Shown: in pieces, positions 26,633-39,060 of the stretch
Layout of the letters: the number at the start of each line of letters is the position of its first letter
How positions within the stretch are numbered: the first letter of the stretch is position 1
DNA from: Eledone cirrhosa
Taxonomy: Eukaryota
Direction of reading: 5' to 3'
Length of the DNA: 64,000 nucleotides
Assembly (NCBI GenBank): GCA_964016885.1
Contig: OZ024740.1
Location: forward strand, 87,420,001-87,484,000
The notes under the pieces: model-generated
Told to the model about the DNA's origin: nothing
What the model saw: the letters and a program-made list of their open reading frames with translations, nothing else
Databases searched by the model: none
Position numbers and translations under genes: made by a program

Positions 26633-27161
26633 GCATAGGTAAAATATAACGTCCGGGAAAGTGAAACTAATTTTTATGACAAGTGAATGTGTTTGTTTTG
26701 TTTTTTTTACACTGAAAATTACGATACAGTTTGTTTATTTACAACAGGTCTCTATAGTGATATGGTGTTAATTAGTATTGCGTGTGTGATTATTTTCTCA
26801 TATATATATGTGTGGGTGTGTATATGTGTGTATATATATGTTTCTGTATGTATATATATATATGTGTTTGTATATATATGTGTGTTTGTATATATATATG
26901 TGTTTGTGTCATCATCATCGTTTAGATGTTTTTGTAATATCTTGCCAAAGTTGGCACCAACTTTCTGTCCCCCAAAGAAATTAAGGCCGGGTCATAAGAA
27001 GGACAGAGAATGATAAAGGATTTGGGTCAGAGGGGCAGCTTTGGGTCAGAGGGGCAGCTTGGGGTCAGAAAGGCAGATAGGCGTCAGAAGGGCTGGGAAA
27101 TTTTTTATTTTTTTAAACGAAGCACCGAAGGGCTGGATTTTAATACAGTATCACATCAAAT

Positions 27162-28141
27162 ATGGCTGGACGAGTGGTTGGTCGCGTTAAGTTAGTTGAA
27201 GATATTTTGGATACTAATGCTATTGTTGAGCGCTTCGAAACAATATATACGCTGTGTCCGGCGATACACGGTGACACGTTATGTATGTTAGAGTGGTTTG
27301 CGAGTCGGCGTCTGTTGGCGAACAGTGTGATTTGTCCTCTCTGCAATGAGGCGTGCACATTGAGAAGATATTCTGAGGGGATAGATAAATGGAGATGGCG
27401 ATGCTGCCGCGACACATTTTGTCAATCGGTTCGACGGAACTCTATATTTTATCGAAGCCATCTTCGACTCGAACAACTTATTGGCATTATGTATATGTGG
27501 TGCAACGATCAGGCCCAAACTGAGATGATGAGAGAAACAGGACTTAGCAAGCCGACAATAATAGACTGGTGCAATTTCCTTAGAGAAATCTGTGAGCAGT
27601 ATTTGGAGGCGAATCCTCAACAGCTTGGAGGATTTGATGAGAATGGTTCGTCGATCATTGTTGAGATCGACGAATCAAAATACTTTCATAGAAAGTATCA
27701 TCGTGGCCAGTGGGGACAAGGCCACTGGGTGTTCGTCGCTGTAGAACGCCATTCTGGACGCTGCTGCCTCATCGAAGTCCCAGATCGAAGCCGTGAGACT
27801 CTTGTCCCCATTATACAGGAATGGATTTTGCCAGGAAGGGAAGCCACATCATGTCCGATGGTTGGGCTTCCTATTCTGATATTGAGGAAATTCAAGGTGG
27901 CATTTACCTCCATGATGTTGTTGTGCACCAACGGAACTTTGTCGATCCTGAAGACCCTAATGTGCACACACAGCTCATAGAGAACACTTGGAGCCGTGCG
28001 AAGAAAAAGCTCCTTCGACAACATGGGACAAGCGACGATTTATTCCCCTCGTATTTAGCTGAATTTCTTTGGCGGCAGAGAGTTGGTGCCAACAAATTTG
28101 GCGAGATGATCAACTGTATTTCAGCTATTTATACGGTCTAA
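27162..28141 (+). pseudogene. Merlin DDE transposase (DDE_Tnp_IS1595/ISXO2-like) with one frameshift
   Basis: N-terminal CPLC..WRC zinc ribbon; VEIDESKY, WVFVAVER, IMSDGWASY, VHTQLIENTW, YLAEFLWR; tandem GGAAG duplication at 27834-27843 shifts the frame, and removing it gives ~324 aa. Confidence 0.9.
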
Positions 28142-29032
28142 TAAGGATGTTGATAAAGTATAGGATGTTGATAAGGTAAGTATAATTTTCCGTACACACA
28201 ATACACAAAAAAAGAAAAAGAAAAAATAATCACACACGCAATACTAAAAACAAACACATTCACTTGTCATAAAAATTAGTTTCACTTTCCCGGACGTTAT
28301 ATTTTACCTATGCCCATATATTGTATACTGAAACATGTCAACATTTCTATAATTTTGGGGGGGCCCCACTGATGAGTGTGGGTAGGGCTCACAAGTAAGC
28401 AAATGCTGCCCTGCTTGGTACGTGTTCGGGCTCTAGTTACTCTGTGCGATGCTATTTGCCAAGATTTTCCCGGCTATATTGTAGAAATTTTACAATGCTG
28501 TTGTTTCAATCATCGTAGGATGAAAATGTAATTTCATATGCAAACAAAATAACATGTACACACTTCAAATACAACGAAATATATTTTCATACATTTTTAT
28601 TTATATACCTAGTCGTCATTTGAATTAATAACATTGAGAAAACACTGACAAATGACAAATCTTGAAATAACGTTTCAGTAAAATTTGAAATGCTGTTGTT
28701 TTAATTATTTACGGATGAAAATGTCATTACATATGCAAACATACTTATACACTTCTATTTATGTAGCTGGACATTATTTGAATTGAAAACTGGGTACAAG
28801 TAGAATACTAAAACTTCCTCGACTCCAATTTCTTTCGTTATAGAAAGTCAAACAGTACCATGGTATTGCTTTCATTATTGGTGGATTAGCAGTATCGGTA
28901 GAGCGTCGAACACCATAGAGTTATGGTATTTTACGTTCAATTCCTTTTCATTCTTACAGGGTCGATTTAATCAACTCTCCTCTTCCATTAAATTGTTTGC
29001 CTTGTGTCTAAATCACAAACCATTATTGGATA

Positions 29033-29672
29033 TCATCATCATCAACGTTTAACGTCCGTGTTCCACGCTTGCATGGGTTTGGACGGGGGTAGTCCCACTT
29101 GAGGCAAGAGTGATTGTCTTGCTCGCATAGGACTGTCTGGCAGGTTTTCTACAGTTGGATGCCCTTCCTAACACCAACCACATTTACAGTGTGGGTCTGG
29201 GAGGTTTTTACCGTGTTGCCTACACGGCCACATTACAGCGTGGACTGTGTTTTTTTGTCGTGACACCTACACGATCTCATTTGTTTCGGCCTCGATGGCG
29301 CGGCACCAACATAACTTTACATAGAACGGGGTGGTGTGGATGGGGTGGGGGTGGGACGGGGTGTATTTTGTTAGAGATGCCTACTGGCTGGAGTAGGTTT
29401 TACTATATATTTAGGTAAGGCGGGTCTTCTCTGTTACTGAGTACCGCCAAAGGTCTCGGTCCAGTGACATTGTCTTGGAGAGGTGTAAGTGTGTGATGTC
29501 GGAGTTTATCAGCTCGTCCCAGGTTTTTCTAGGTCTGCCTATTCCGTGACTACCGTCTATCTTTATTGCCCTGCACTTTGTTATACAGCTATCGACTTTC
29601 ATGCGCATCACGTGTCCATACCAACGTAGCCTTCTCTCGAGTAAACAACATCTGATCCCTCTTATCTCTAAT
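29033..29672 (-). mobile_element. 5'-truncated RTE LINE (subfamily A)
   Basis: Colinear with 2021-2660; RMKVDSCITKCR..GRPRKTW. Confidence 0.9.
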
Positions 29673-29699
29673 CGAATAAAAATGCTGTAGCTCTTCTAA

Positions 29700-30140
29700 T
29701 TCCAACTCCCGCTAAGGTCAACAGATTTTCATCCTTCTGGGGTCGATAAAATAAAGTACCAGTCAAATACTAGAGTTGATCTTGATTTTACTTTGCTAAC
29801 CTTGTACTTAAATTAGAAATAATTATTGAATACGGTGAATTGGCAGTATCGGTAGAGGGTTGGACGCCATGCTTTCTAGCATAGTTACGGCCCTTTACAG
29901 TCCGAGTTCAAATCCCGCCGAGGTTAACTTTGCCTTTCATCCTTACGGGGTCGATAAAATAAAGTACCAGTAATGTACTGGGTAATTGCTGGCCTTGTGC
30001 CAAAAAAGTAGAAACAGTTATTTGACTCAAATACGTTCTTTCATCCTTTCGGAGTCAATTCAGTTACGCAATAGAGTTAATTAAATCGACTTACCCCTCC
30101 CCGACAATTGTTGACCTTACGCCTAAATCAGAAACCATTA
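29700..30140 (+). mobile_element. Cluster of family-1 SINEs (young copy at about 29833-30021)
   Basis: Consensus match, with older partial copies on both sides. Confidence 0.8.
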
Positions 30141-30332
30141 TTTGGCTCAGATATTTTACATCAGAGTTAGATTTTATTTAAATCTAATGTTTTTCGTGTA
30201 TTTAAAGGGTTGCAATGAAGAGTGTGTGTTATTTTGAGAGAGAAAAAGAAAAGAATGGAGAAAAGCATGCCGAAGTACATAACACAAACATATCTCTTAA
30301 TGTACTCCTTTTTTCCCCCCTTTAGATATAGA

Positions 30333-30769
30333 GGCATAACTAGTTTAGTGGTCCACCATTGTTACCTCATAACTTTCTTAATAATGCATATTTATTGTTG
30401 AAATTTTGCAGAGATACGTTTTCGAATGTTTTGATAATGTTGGTAATAGTATTTCTGTTTGTTTTGTTTTGTTTTTTTTTAATTTAATCTTTTTTATTCC
30501 ATACACTTCAGGTTGTAGGCTAATTGTAATCTCAGATTTGCATTTTGATAATTATCATTAATCATGGATTTTCGATGGGGCAAATGTCATTTCTGTAACC
30601 ATGATTTGCGAAAATAAATTATTTTAAAAAGTTTTAGGTAACTTCATCAATATAATCAATCGTAAACTACACTTTCGAAAATGTATCTGCAAAATTTCAT
30701 AAAATCATATTGATTAATAAGAAACGTATGAGGAAACAAAATTTGGGAGATACTAAAACTAGTCATGCC
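30333..30769. mobile_element. MITE with long imperfect TIRs, possibly Merlin-related
   Basis: ggcataactagttt...aaactagtcatgcc; internal IR gaaattttgcagagatacgttttcgaa / ttcgaaaatgtatctgcaaaatttc; shares the GGCAT terminus with Merlin. Confidence 0.65.
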
Positions 30770-31531
30770 GATTAAAATATTTTAGATGGGAACAATTCTA
30801 ATTTTAGGTATGCTTCTCATGTTTTCCCTTCCTCTCTGTTTAATGATGTTATGTGTATATATTTCAAATTGGTCCTCAAATACTGTTTATAAAAAATTAA
30901 AATAAAAACTGATACAGAACGATTGATGCACTTAATGTTCAATTGATGTTTTTTTTCGCTTTGATTATATATGTTTGTGTATTATATTTATACGGTTCCT
31001 AGTAATAATTAATTGATTATGTGTATTTAATAATGTATTTGTTATATGATAATAAAATGTTTTTATTATCGCCCTTCCCGTAACAAAAGAAAGAAAAAAC
31101 TTAAAAGATGACGTTGAATATTTTACACTGCTAAAAATATTTTACCTATAAATATATATATACTCAAGGTTTTGATGGAAATACGACATAAACCTTCATC
31201 TGTCCTTAATGCATATTTTGTGAAGATACATTCCGTAATGTGTAGATTACGATTATGTGGGTGTTGTTGTTTTTTAGATAGTCATTTTCTTAAAAATCAT
31301 CTGATCTTGACACGAAGGATTATTTCATGATGGAATAAATACACAGACTGATAATTGCTTCTTTTATTCTATTTTCAGATATAAAAAGAACATCCTGGGG
31401 ATATGACTCCCACGAAAGAAATACAAACAAAAACTTAAAAGGTGACACTCAAAATTTTACACTGCTAAAATATATTTTATCTATAAATATAATCAGGATT
31501 TTAATGAAATAAAATATTACTAACTCTTCAG

Positions 31532-31589
31532 AAGGATTGTCTTGATAGAATTCGATAAAGGCAGAGCAATGACAGACGACACCTTGAAG
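31532..31589 (+). other. Candidate spliced exon of an unidentified transcript
   Basis: Acceptor tactaactcttcag| and strong donor AAG|gtaagt; one open frame, RIVLIEFDKGRAMTDDTLK. Confidence 0.25.
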
Positions 31590-32683
31590 GTAAGTAAATG
31601 AATTATGTGTAAGACAGTCATTTGACTAAACGAAGTGGTTGATGGATAGGCCAGAAATAGCAGGAATAATACATTGAATAGTGTTGTCATAGATAGATTA
31701 TGTTTGAATAATCAGAATGGTAATTTCTAAAACGTATTTGAGCAGAGATGAGCTAAATAACACAACATAAGCTTGCGTGGGAGGGAGTCATTAATCGGTG
31801 GCTCATGCTGTTAGAAATAGGAACCAAATCTCCTTCAAACAACACCTTACTGTCTAAAAAAAGGTGAGCACGAAGTTTTGCACACTCGTAATTGCTTTGA
31901 ATAATTATCCCTAATACGATAAAGTCAGTTTTATTTACTTCTTAGTCACGAAAGAAAGGGCAGCACCCATGCCCCCATTTTTTTCGGTACTTGTGGGTTG
32001 GTTGGAGATTATCTTAAATTCATATAACAGTGTGAACTTAGCCGAAGGCTCCCAAGACCCAATAAAATTACCAACGATATAACAAACATTTCACTTCTAA
32101 ATAGAAGATAACAACTCCTACTTGTCTATTGAATTATCTCATATACGTTAATCATTTATTCGTGTTCACAAATAGATTATAGCTCCTATCTCGAGTAAAT
32201 GAATCACTACTTTGAAAATTGTTATTACATTTTAAATTATAATCATTATTACAATTTTGCTTTTGTTTCGGTTATAAGAAGCACAAAGGTTCCTTGACGC
32301 TTTGCCGTCAATTTGGCTTTTGCTGCGGACCTACGACCATAAATGTTTTATTCTCTGATTCGTCTGATTATACATTGTATAATTTGCTGTCATTTTGTGG
32401 ACGACATAAATGAATTGAATTGAAAATTTGTTTCTATATTAACGTTAAATTTATTTCAAATTGCAAATATTGTGAACGATAATTTACAAAATCTCAACCT
32501 TTTACAAAGCAATGAGTTTAGTAAAAGATGCTTATACAATATGCCAAAGAACTGTTTAACTAAATAGCTCCTATTATGGTTCAAATTGCTCTGTAACACT
32601 CTTAAAATTCCAGTCGAAATTGTTCTTGTAAATATTGGCAATAATATCACTACAATATTTAGGTACTATAGCACTAATTATTA

Positions 32684-32863
32684 AATAATTGTTTCTACTT
32701 TTGGCACAAGGCCAGCAATTATCTGAGTACATTACTGGTACTTTATTTTATCGACCCCGTAAGGATGAAAGGCAAAGTTAACCTCGGCGGGATTTGAACT
32801 CAGATCGTAAAGGGACGTAACTATGCTGGGAAGCATGTCCGACCCTCTACCGATACTGCCAAT
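32684..32863 (-). mobile_element. Family-1 SINE
   Basis: Consensus match. Confidence 0.9.
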
Positions 32864-33777
32864 ATACTTGGAGTGCAGGGTGACGATGAAAAGCATGAGA
32901 AATCCATTGCCCGCCTCGATTGAAACTGGAGTAGAAAAAAAGAAAAAAAATGTATAATTATAATTTGAATGTATAACTTCAGTTTCTACTGAAAGAAATC
33001 TACAGCAGTTTTTTCCACTTTACCCAGTATCAAAATAATTCGATGCTATCACTTAACCCAGACGGTTTTAATTTGGGTCAATCCTTCGTTTTAAGATCAG
33101 ATAACTTCCTGCTATTATCGTAAATGTTCGCCAGTGAAAATGACACTTGCAGTCATCTTGGTAATTCCTCGCCGTTAACCAGAGCCTGCATTTTGTTGAT
33201 CTAAACATGCATAGGTATTATTTTTATAAGGTTCCTAGCAATAATTTATTGATTATATGTATGCACTTCTGTTTAATCTTCTATATTTGTTATATAATAA
33301 TAAACAAATGGATCACTAAAAAAAAATAACCGGAACGATTCTGGCCAACAGTTTTTCACAGGAAGTTGTATCATATTAAGAGTTGCCCATTTTTGTTGAA
33401 CAAGAATGAGTTCTCAACCACCTCTGGAGCTAAACAATAAAAACATTTTTTTCTAATCTTTGTTGAATTAATGTTTTATGTTTCTTTCAACTGGACAACT
33501 GTCAAGTTGTTGCTTTGTACCTGACCATTCTCAGAGAATTTACTCTGACCTAAATCTGAATCAGCCATTATCAGCTCATTCTAATCCGGCATACCTCATC
33601 AATTTTCAAATATTTATAATGCATTAAAAAATCATATTCCAATTGTCAAGCTCGTGCAGAATCAGAATAACATATCCAAGCAATTACAGAGTAAAGATGC
33701 AATCATTAGATTTCAAGGAGACTCGCTACGATCTTCTTGGTATAAATCAATTCCAGGGATCGAGTAACAGATTTCTG

Positions 33778-34194
33778 TTGATGTTGCAATCGTACAACGC
33801 AAGTTGTGCATTCGATTAAGCAAAAAAAACAAAAACAATATTTATTTTATTGTACAGAGAGAAAAATGTATTCCAAAACTAAAATTAAACAAAGCTCGTT
33901 CAAGATTTCATTAAAAATTATTATTATTATTGCACTTAAAACAGCGAAAAAAAAGAAAATCAATATTTTCCCCGGTGTTTTGAAGAGAAAACATGACAGT
34001 CGATCAAATAACACTTGTGGATTGTTGCATTTTTTGGTGCTTTTTGAGCTTATTTGAGAGTGTTTATAATTTGTTTTAATTCAAATCCTTAGTGATTGAG
34101 GTTTAATATTGATTTTAGAATATCTATTTTCGCTGTGGTATACAATTTAAGAGTAAAAACAATCTTACAACCTTTGTTGTGATTGCAGCATCAA
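33778..34194. mobile_element. MITE with ~30-bp imperfect TIRs
   Basis: ttgatgttgcaatcgtacaacgcaagttgt / acaacctttgttgtgattgcagcatcaa. Confidence 0.55.
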
Positions 34195-35427
34195 ACAAGT
34201 GCTGTTTAAACTAGCAAGCACGAAAGCATTTTCCAGCTTCGTTGGGCGTGTTTGTGGAGATAATTTGTGTATTAAAGCTACACACTGCCTATACATACTT
34301 ATAAAGTGTAGAGTAATACATTTGAGATCTGTTGCTAAAAATTAAATGAACCTTTCTAGCGGGTACAACCCCCCAGAGAAATGTGGTTTAAAGTGTTGGA
34401 AGTCTTATAAACGAAACCTAGAATAAATGAGTACATACTTAGTTCGGGTTTATTTTTTGGGATCAAATATATATCTGTACAAGTGCGATTATTCTCTTAT
34501 GGCCATAAATTCAAAAGAATGCACAATACAAAATGAGCGACATTTTTAATAATCTAAAAAGAGATATAGAGAAAGTATCAACCCCAGTATGAAACTGGTA
34601 CTTTTTTTATCGACCTTGAATGGATGAAAGACAAAGTTGTCCTCAGCAGGGATTTGAACTGAGACAACAGAGAGCCAGAACAAATAGCCCTAAAGTATTC
34701 TATCCAATGCAATTCGCAAGCCAGAATACTTACGGCATATCCATGAATGATAGGAAAGCTGTGTTGGAACAATGAAGCACTATCAGGAATATATCACCTG
34801 ATAAAACAAGACGCCAACAATAACAAAAATATGTTGTCTGTGGCCCAGCTCCTCTAAACCTCTCAAATGTCATGAGCTAAAAAACATGATTCACTAACAA
34901 GCTATGGTATTTCAATGACTTATTCCTTTCAGCTATGGATGAAATAACCCCCACCTCTGCAATTGTACATAAGCTGTCCTGTGGAGTGAAAGAGTTGCTA
35001 ACAGTGCTATCCCATCTGAGGCATCCATCTATCTTTATTTAAAAAGTAAAGAGAAAGGCATCTTGCCTGGGTAATCCAGAATTGGGGAAATATTACCTCT
35101 GGCTAGAGCTTGTCTGATAATTAAGTTCAACTATTTGTAAAGGTAACTAATCAACCAATTGTAAAATTACAGACAATAGATTATCAGATAGATAGAGAAC
35201 TGCATGCAGAAAAAGAACAAGGAAATAAATGTGGATATGTATATATAAGTGAACAATTAAATATAATTTGAATACAGAAACAGTATATGTATATATAAAA
35301 ATACATAAATATATATACATACATACACGTATATATACACATGCGCGCATACATACATACATACATACACGTATATATGTATGGATAGATAGCCTTCCAT
35401 TCATACCTTATTGTATATTATCCTCAT

Positions 35428-35705
35428 TCATCATCACCGTTTAACGTCAATTTTTCTATGCTGGCATGGGTTAGACGAATTATCCTGTTGTGAGCAATGT
35501 TAGGTCAGGTAACCATTTTATACAGAACCGATCTTGGCTTGATGCCCTTCCTAGCACCAACCTCATTTACAGTGAGCACTGTGCTTTTTGTTGTGAAACC
35601 TACACAACCACTTTGCAGTGTGGGCTGCCTACGTTTACCATACTCGACCCCTTTACAGCATGGACTGGGTGCTCTTTACCATGACACCTACACGACCACT
35701 TTACA
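35428..35705 (-). mobile_element. RTE/SINE 3' tail fragment
   Basis: catcatcaccgtttaacgtc...gatgcccttcctagcaccaacctcatttacagtg. Confidence 0.7.
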
Positions 35706-37030
35706 CATATATATATTTGTGTGCGTGTATGGTTGCGTACTCGCTCTTGCAAATGAGAGTTGTGGGTTCAACTCCTATGTGTGCTGATACCCATCTGTTC
35801 CATTCAGTGGCTTTATACGCCCCATTATTAGAGTATATTATGTAGTCAATGTTACGGTAATGCTTCTATTTCTATTTCAATTCCAAATATGTGTGTGTGT
35901 ATATATATAGGGAAAATGGATGATACATGATTTTATATATATATATATATATATGGCTAAGAAATATCAAAACTATCATCAGTTGCAAACCCAAGCAGTA
36001 AATATATTTTTCGTATGTTTAATTCTAAATGGAATTCCTAAATTCTTATCAGAAAGTGATTATCTGTAATTTTTCTGAACAATGTATATCGTGTAACGAC
36101 TGATAGTCTGGTATGATGATGGATTCTAATCAACAGTCTATTGATAGAAGGTCATGTATCTTGATTAACTGAACAAATAATTCAAGTTTTAATGAACCCA
36201 TTCAGAGATAGCATCTAATATGGCACATAATTCTTGTATTTATGATTTCTCTGAAATTTTATTTGTCTGTATGTGTCTATGTTTTATTTAATTTTGTATC
36301 AGTTTTTCAGTGAGAATAACTTATATGCTGAAAATTAAAACAAAGTCTTCATGAGCAAACTATCCAGTAATATTTTAAGGTGTCTAAAATATTCAAAAGA
36401 TATAATGCCTTACCTTTATGTTATGCAAAGAAAATTTAACTTAATAATCAAGAAAAAGAAGCAAAGTCAATACTTCTGATGTTAGTAGCTGTCTACATAT
36501 ATAATATTACAGAAATCTCCAACATTTGATGTACCTACACTTGTAATACCAAATCACTTCAAACCACCCTGGGTCATATGATACAAAGCTGTTTTAAAAT
36601 GTCTATATCTATCTACAAATCTTTCATAAATTTCTATAAGAACCTTTTTGAAGCTTAATACCAAGAAAGTTATATAATGACCCCCACCCCACAAAAAATT
36701 CTTAATTATTTGAACAACAGACTGATTTTCATATGAAGTCATCATCATTGTCATCATTTTTCCATGCTTGTTTGGGTTGGACAAATATGGAAACAAAAAA
36801 AGGAAGTAGGAAGTCAAGATGCTTCACGTTCATTCACCATTGGTGAATGAAGTCTTGGCTAATGATAACCAAAGCACTGCCATCTTCTGGTTTCCAATGT
36901 AACTCCTCTCTTCTACACCATAAACACCAGGTTCTTTCTGCTGCCTCTTCCATCTTGCAAACTGCTATCACCTCTTTTCCTGCCTTTGCAAACCATTTAA
37001 AGTTTTATGGCATTGTTCAGAACCACAAAA

Positions 37031-37033
<3 letters not shown>

Positions 37034-37120
<87 letters not shown>
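37034..37120. repeat. (GA)n microsatellite
   Basis: About 43 GA units. Confidence 0.95.
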
Positions 37121-37123
<3 letters not shown>

Positions 37124-38128
37124 CAACAGGAATTACTATATTTTTTTTTTCTTTTGATGACATATTGACATTTGTGACAGTCATGCGTTCTTCTTTATTT
37201 CGAATGCATACAGAAATCACAAACAAAATCAGCAAATGTTTGCAAAAAGGATAAGAAAAACAATGGTTAGTTGCATTCATCCCAAATGTTTGGCAGTTAG
37301 GCAGATATACTATGTGACACCTTGATAAAAATGGAGTCATACAAAAATAACTTTCCCAGAGATGATCTGTCCGTTTCTTAAATAGATATTTTATATCCTA
37401 TTTTATTATCATTTTAAATTTGGTCTGTGGTATTGAAGATAGTGCAATCAGCAATTCTAGTGTGAAACCTAGCAATCAGATCTTAGTTTTAGTACTTATT
37501 CTATTCTATTTTAAAATCTAACAAAATGGAGGAACCTAAATATATTTATACAGATTTCAATTTCAAGATAAAATCTTATATATTTTCTAATTCCAAAGTT
37601 AGTTACGCACATTAGTCACAGAATTATCTTCCCACTGACCAATTCACCCATAATCATTAATGATTAAAAGTAGAAACTACAAGATTTCTCACAGAATACT
37701 GAAATATGGCTTCCCAGTATATCAATCCCAACAAGGTGATTGGATGGTTAAGGCATTCAATTATCTGCCTACAGTTTAGATCGTCTTGCAAACATTCTCT
37801 TTGTTCAATGCTCTTTCAGTTCTCCATGTAGTTAGGAATAAGTATTAAATCATCTAGAAATGTTAGAGTAGTACTTGTTTGACAAGTGAATTGATCTGAG
37901 ACAATGTGTTGAGACATAAGTATTTATATCAAGAAAGAACCCTTTAATGTTCAAACAGGCCAGAATTCTCTACCTTTTCTGTTGAAACTGGCTGTAACTG
38001 GTCGCGCAAACTGATCTTCTCAAAATAAATACTTTCAAAATCTCAGATTCGATATTATGTGAGATAATTATGCAAGGTAAAGCCTTTACCATGAAAATAT
38101 AATAGTATATATAGAGTAGGATTATATA

Positions 38129-39060
38129 TAAGTTAGGATTAGCAATGAGTATAGCGAGGAATTTAGCGTACAGGTTGGGGTCCACCAGGGCTCTGTTCTT
38201 AGCCCTCTCCTGTTCATCATAGTCCTGCAGGCAATAACGGAGGAGTTTAAGACCGGATGCCCATGGGAACTCCTGTATGCTGATGACCTCGCACTCATAG
38301 CTGAATCTATGGTAGAACTAGAGAATAAATTCCAAACCTGGAAGCAGGGACTAGAGAGAAAGGGTCTCAAAGTCAACATGACAAAGACTAAGGTCCTTGT
38401 AAGTAGACGAGAAAACAGAACCCAGATCCCCTCAGGGAAATGGCCTTGCTCAGTATGTAGAAAAGGTGTAGGTAGGAACTCCATTCTCTGCCCCAAATGC
38501 AAACAATGGGTACACAAGAGATGTAGCGGGATCTCAGGAAGCTTAATTAAGAATGTAGGATTCACATGCAGCAGCTGTGCTGAAGCAGCAAACAGCCACA
38601 GGAAACAAGTACCACCAATCTCTGGGAGGGCCCTGTAGAAACAGTAGACAGCTTCTGCTACCTAGGTGACCGAATTAGCAACGGAGGTGGGTGTTCAGAA
38701 AGTACAATAACTAGGGTAAGAACGGGATGGAAGAAGTTTAGGGAACTACTACCACTGCTAGCTGCAAAAAGCTTCTCCCTCAGAATGAAAGGCAGACTGT
38801 ATGATGCGTGTATCCGAACAGCGATGTTGCATGGTAGTGAGACCTGGGCGCTGAAGGTGGAAGACTTACGTAGATTAGAGAGAAACGAAGCCTGCATGCT
38901 CCGATGGATGTGTGACAGTAATATACGTGAACGACAAAGCATAAATGAATTGAGAGAGAGACTGAGCATAAGAGGAATCAAATTCTGCACACAACAGGAC
39001 AACCCGTCTAACCCATGCTAGCGTGGAAGAACGGACGGAAAACGGTGATGATGATGATGA
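38129..39060 (+). mobile_element. RTE LINE (subfamily B), 5'-truncated with an internal deletion before the tail
   Basis: VGVHQGSVLSPLLFII, WELLYADDL, AMLHGSETW; jumps at about 38990 directly to the caggacaacccgtctaacccatgc...(gat)n tail. Confidence 0.9.

Larger units (their letters stand above)
26433..28314 (+). mobile_element. Merlin superfamily (IS1016/IS1595-like) DNA transposon, near intact
   Basis: ~68-bp TIRs (ggcataggtaaaatataacgtccgggaaagtgaaac...; right copy 28247-28314); GG...CC termini; 9-bp TSD catatattg (26424-26432, 28315-28323); transposase inside. Confidence 0.92.
26208..28413. mobile_element. Old hAT-like MITE split by the Merlin insertion
   Basis: Termini cagagccagattt / aaatgctgccctg resemble CAGGGCCGGATT-type hAT ends; decayed 8-bp flanks cctgatat / cttggtac. 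Confidence 0.4.

Noticed and set aside
27821-27860. Programmed ribosomal frameshift in the transposase
   Set aside because: An exact 5-bp tandem duplication explains the shift; no slippery heptamer is present
27162-28141. Bacterial IS1595 contamination
   Set aside because: Integrated with a TSD in host-like DNA, carries a host SINE and microsatellites; fits eukaryotic Merlin
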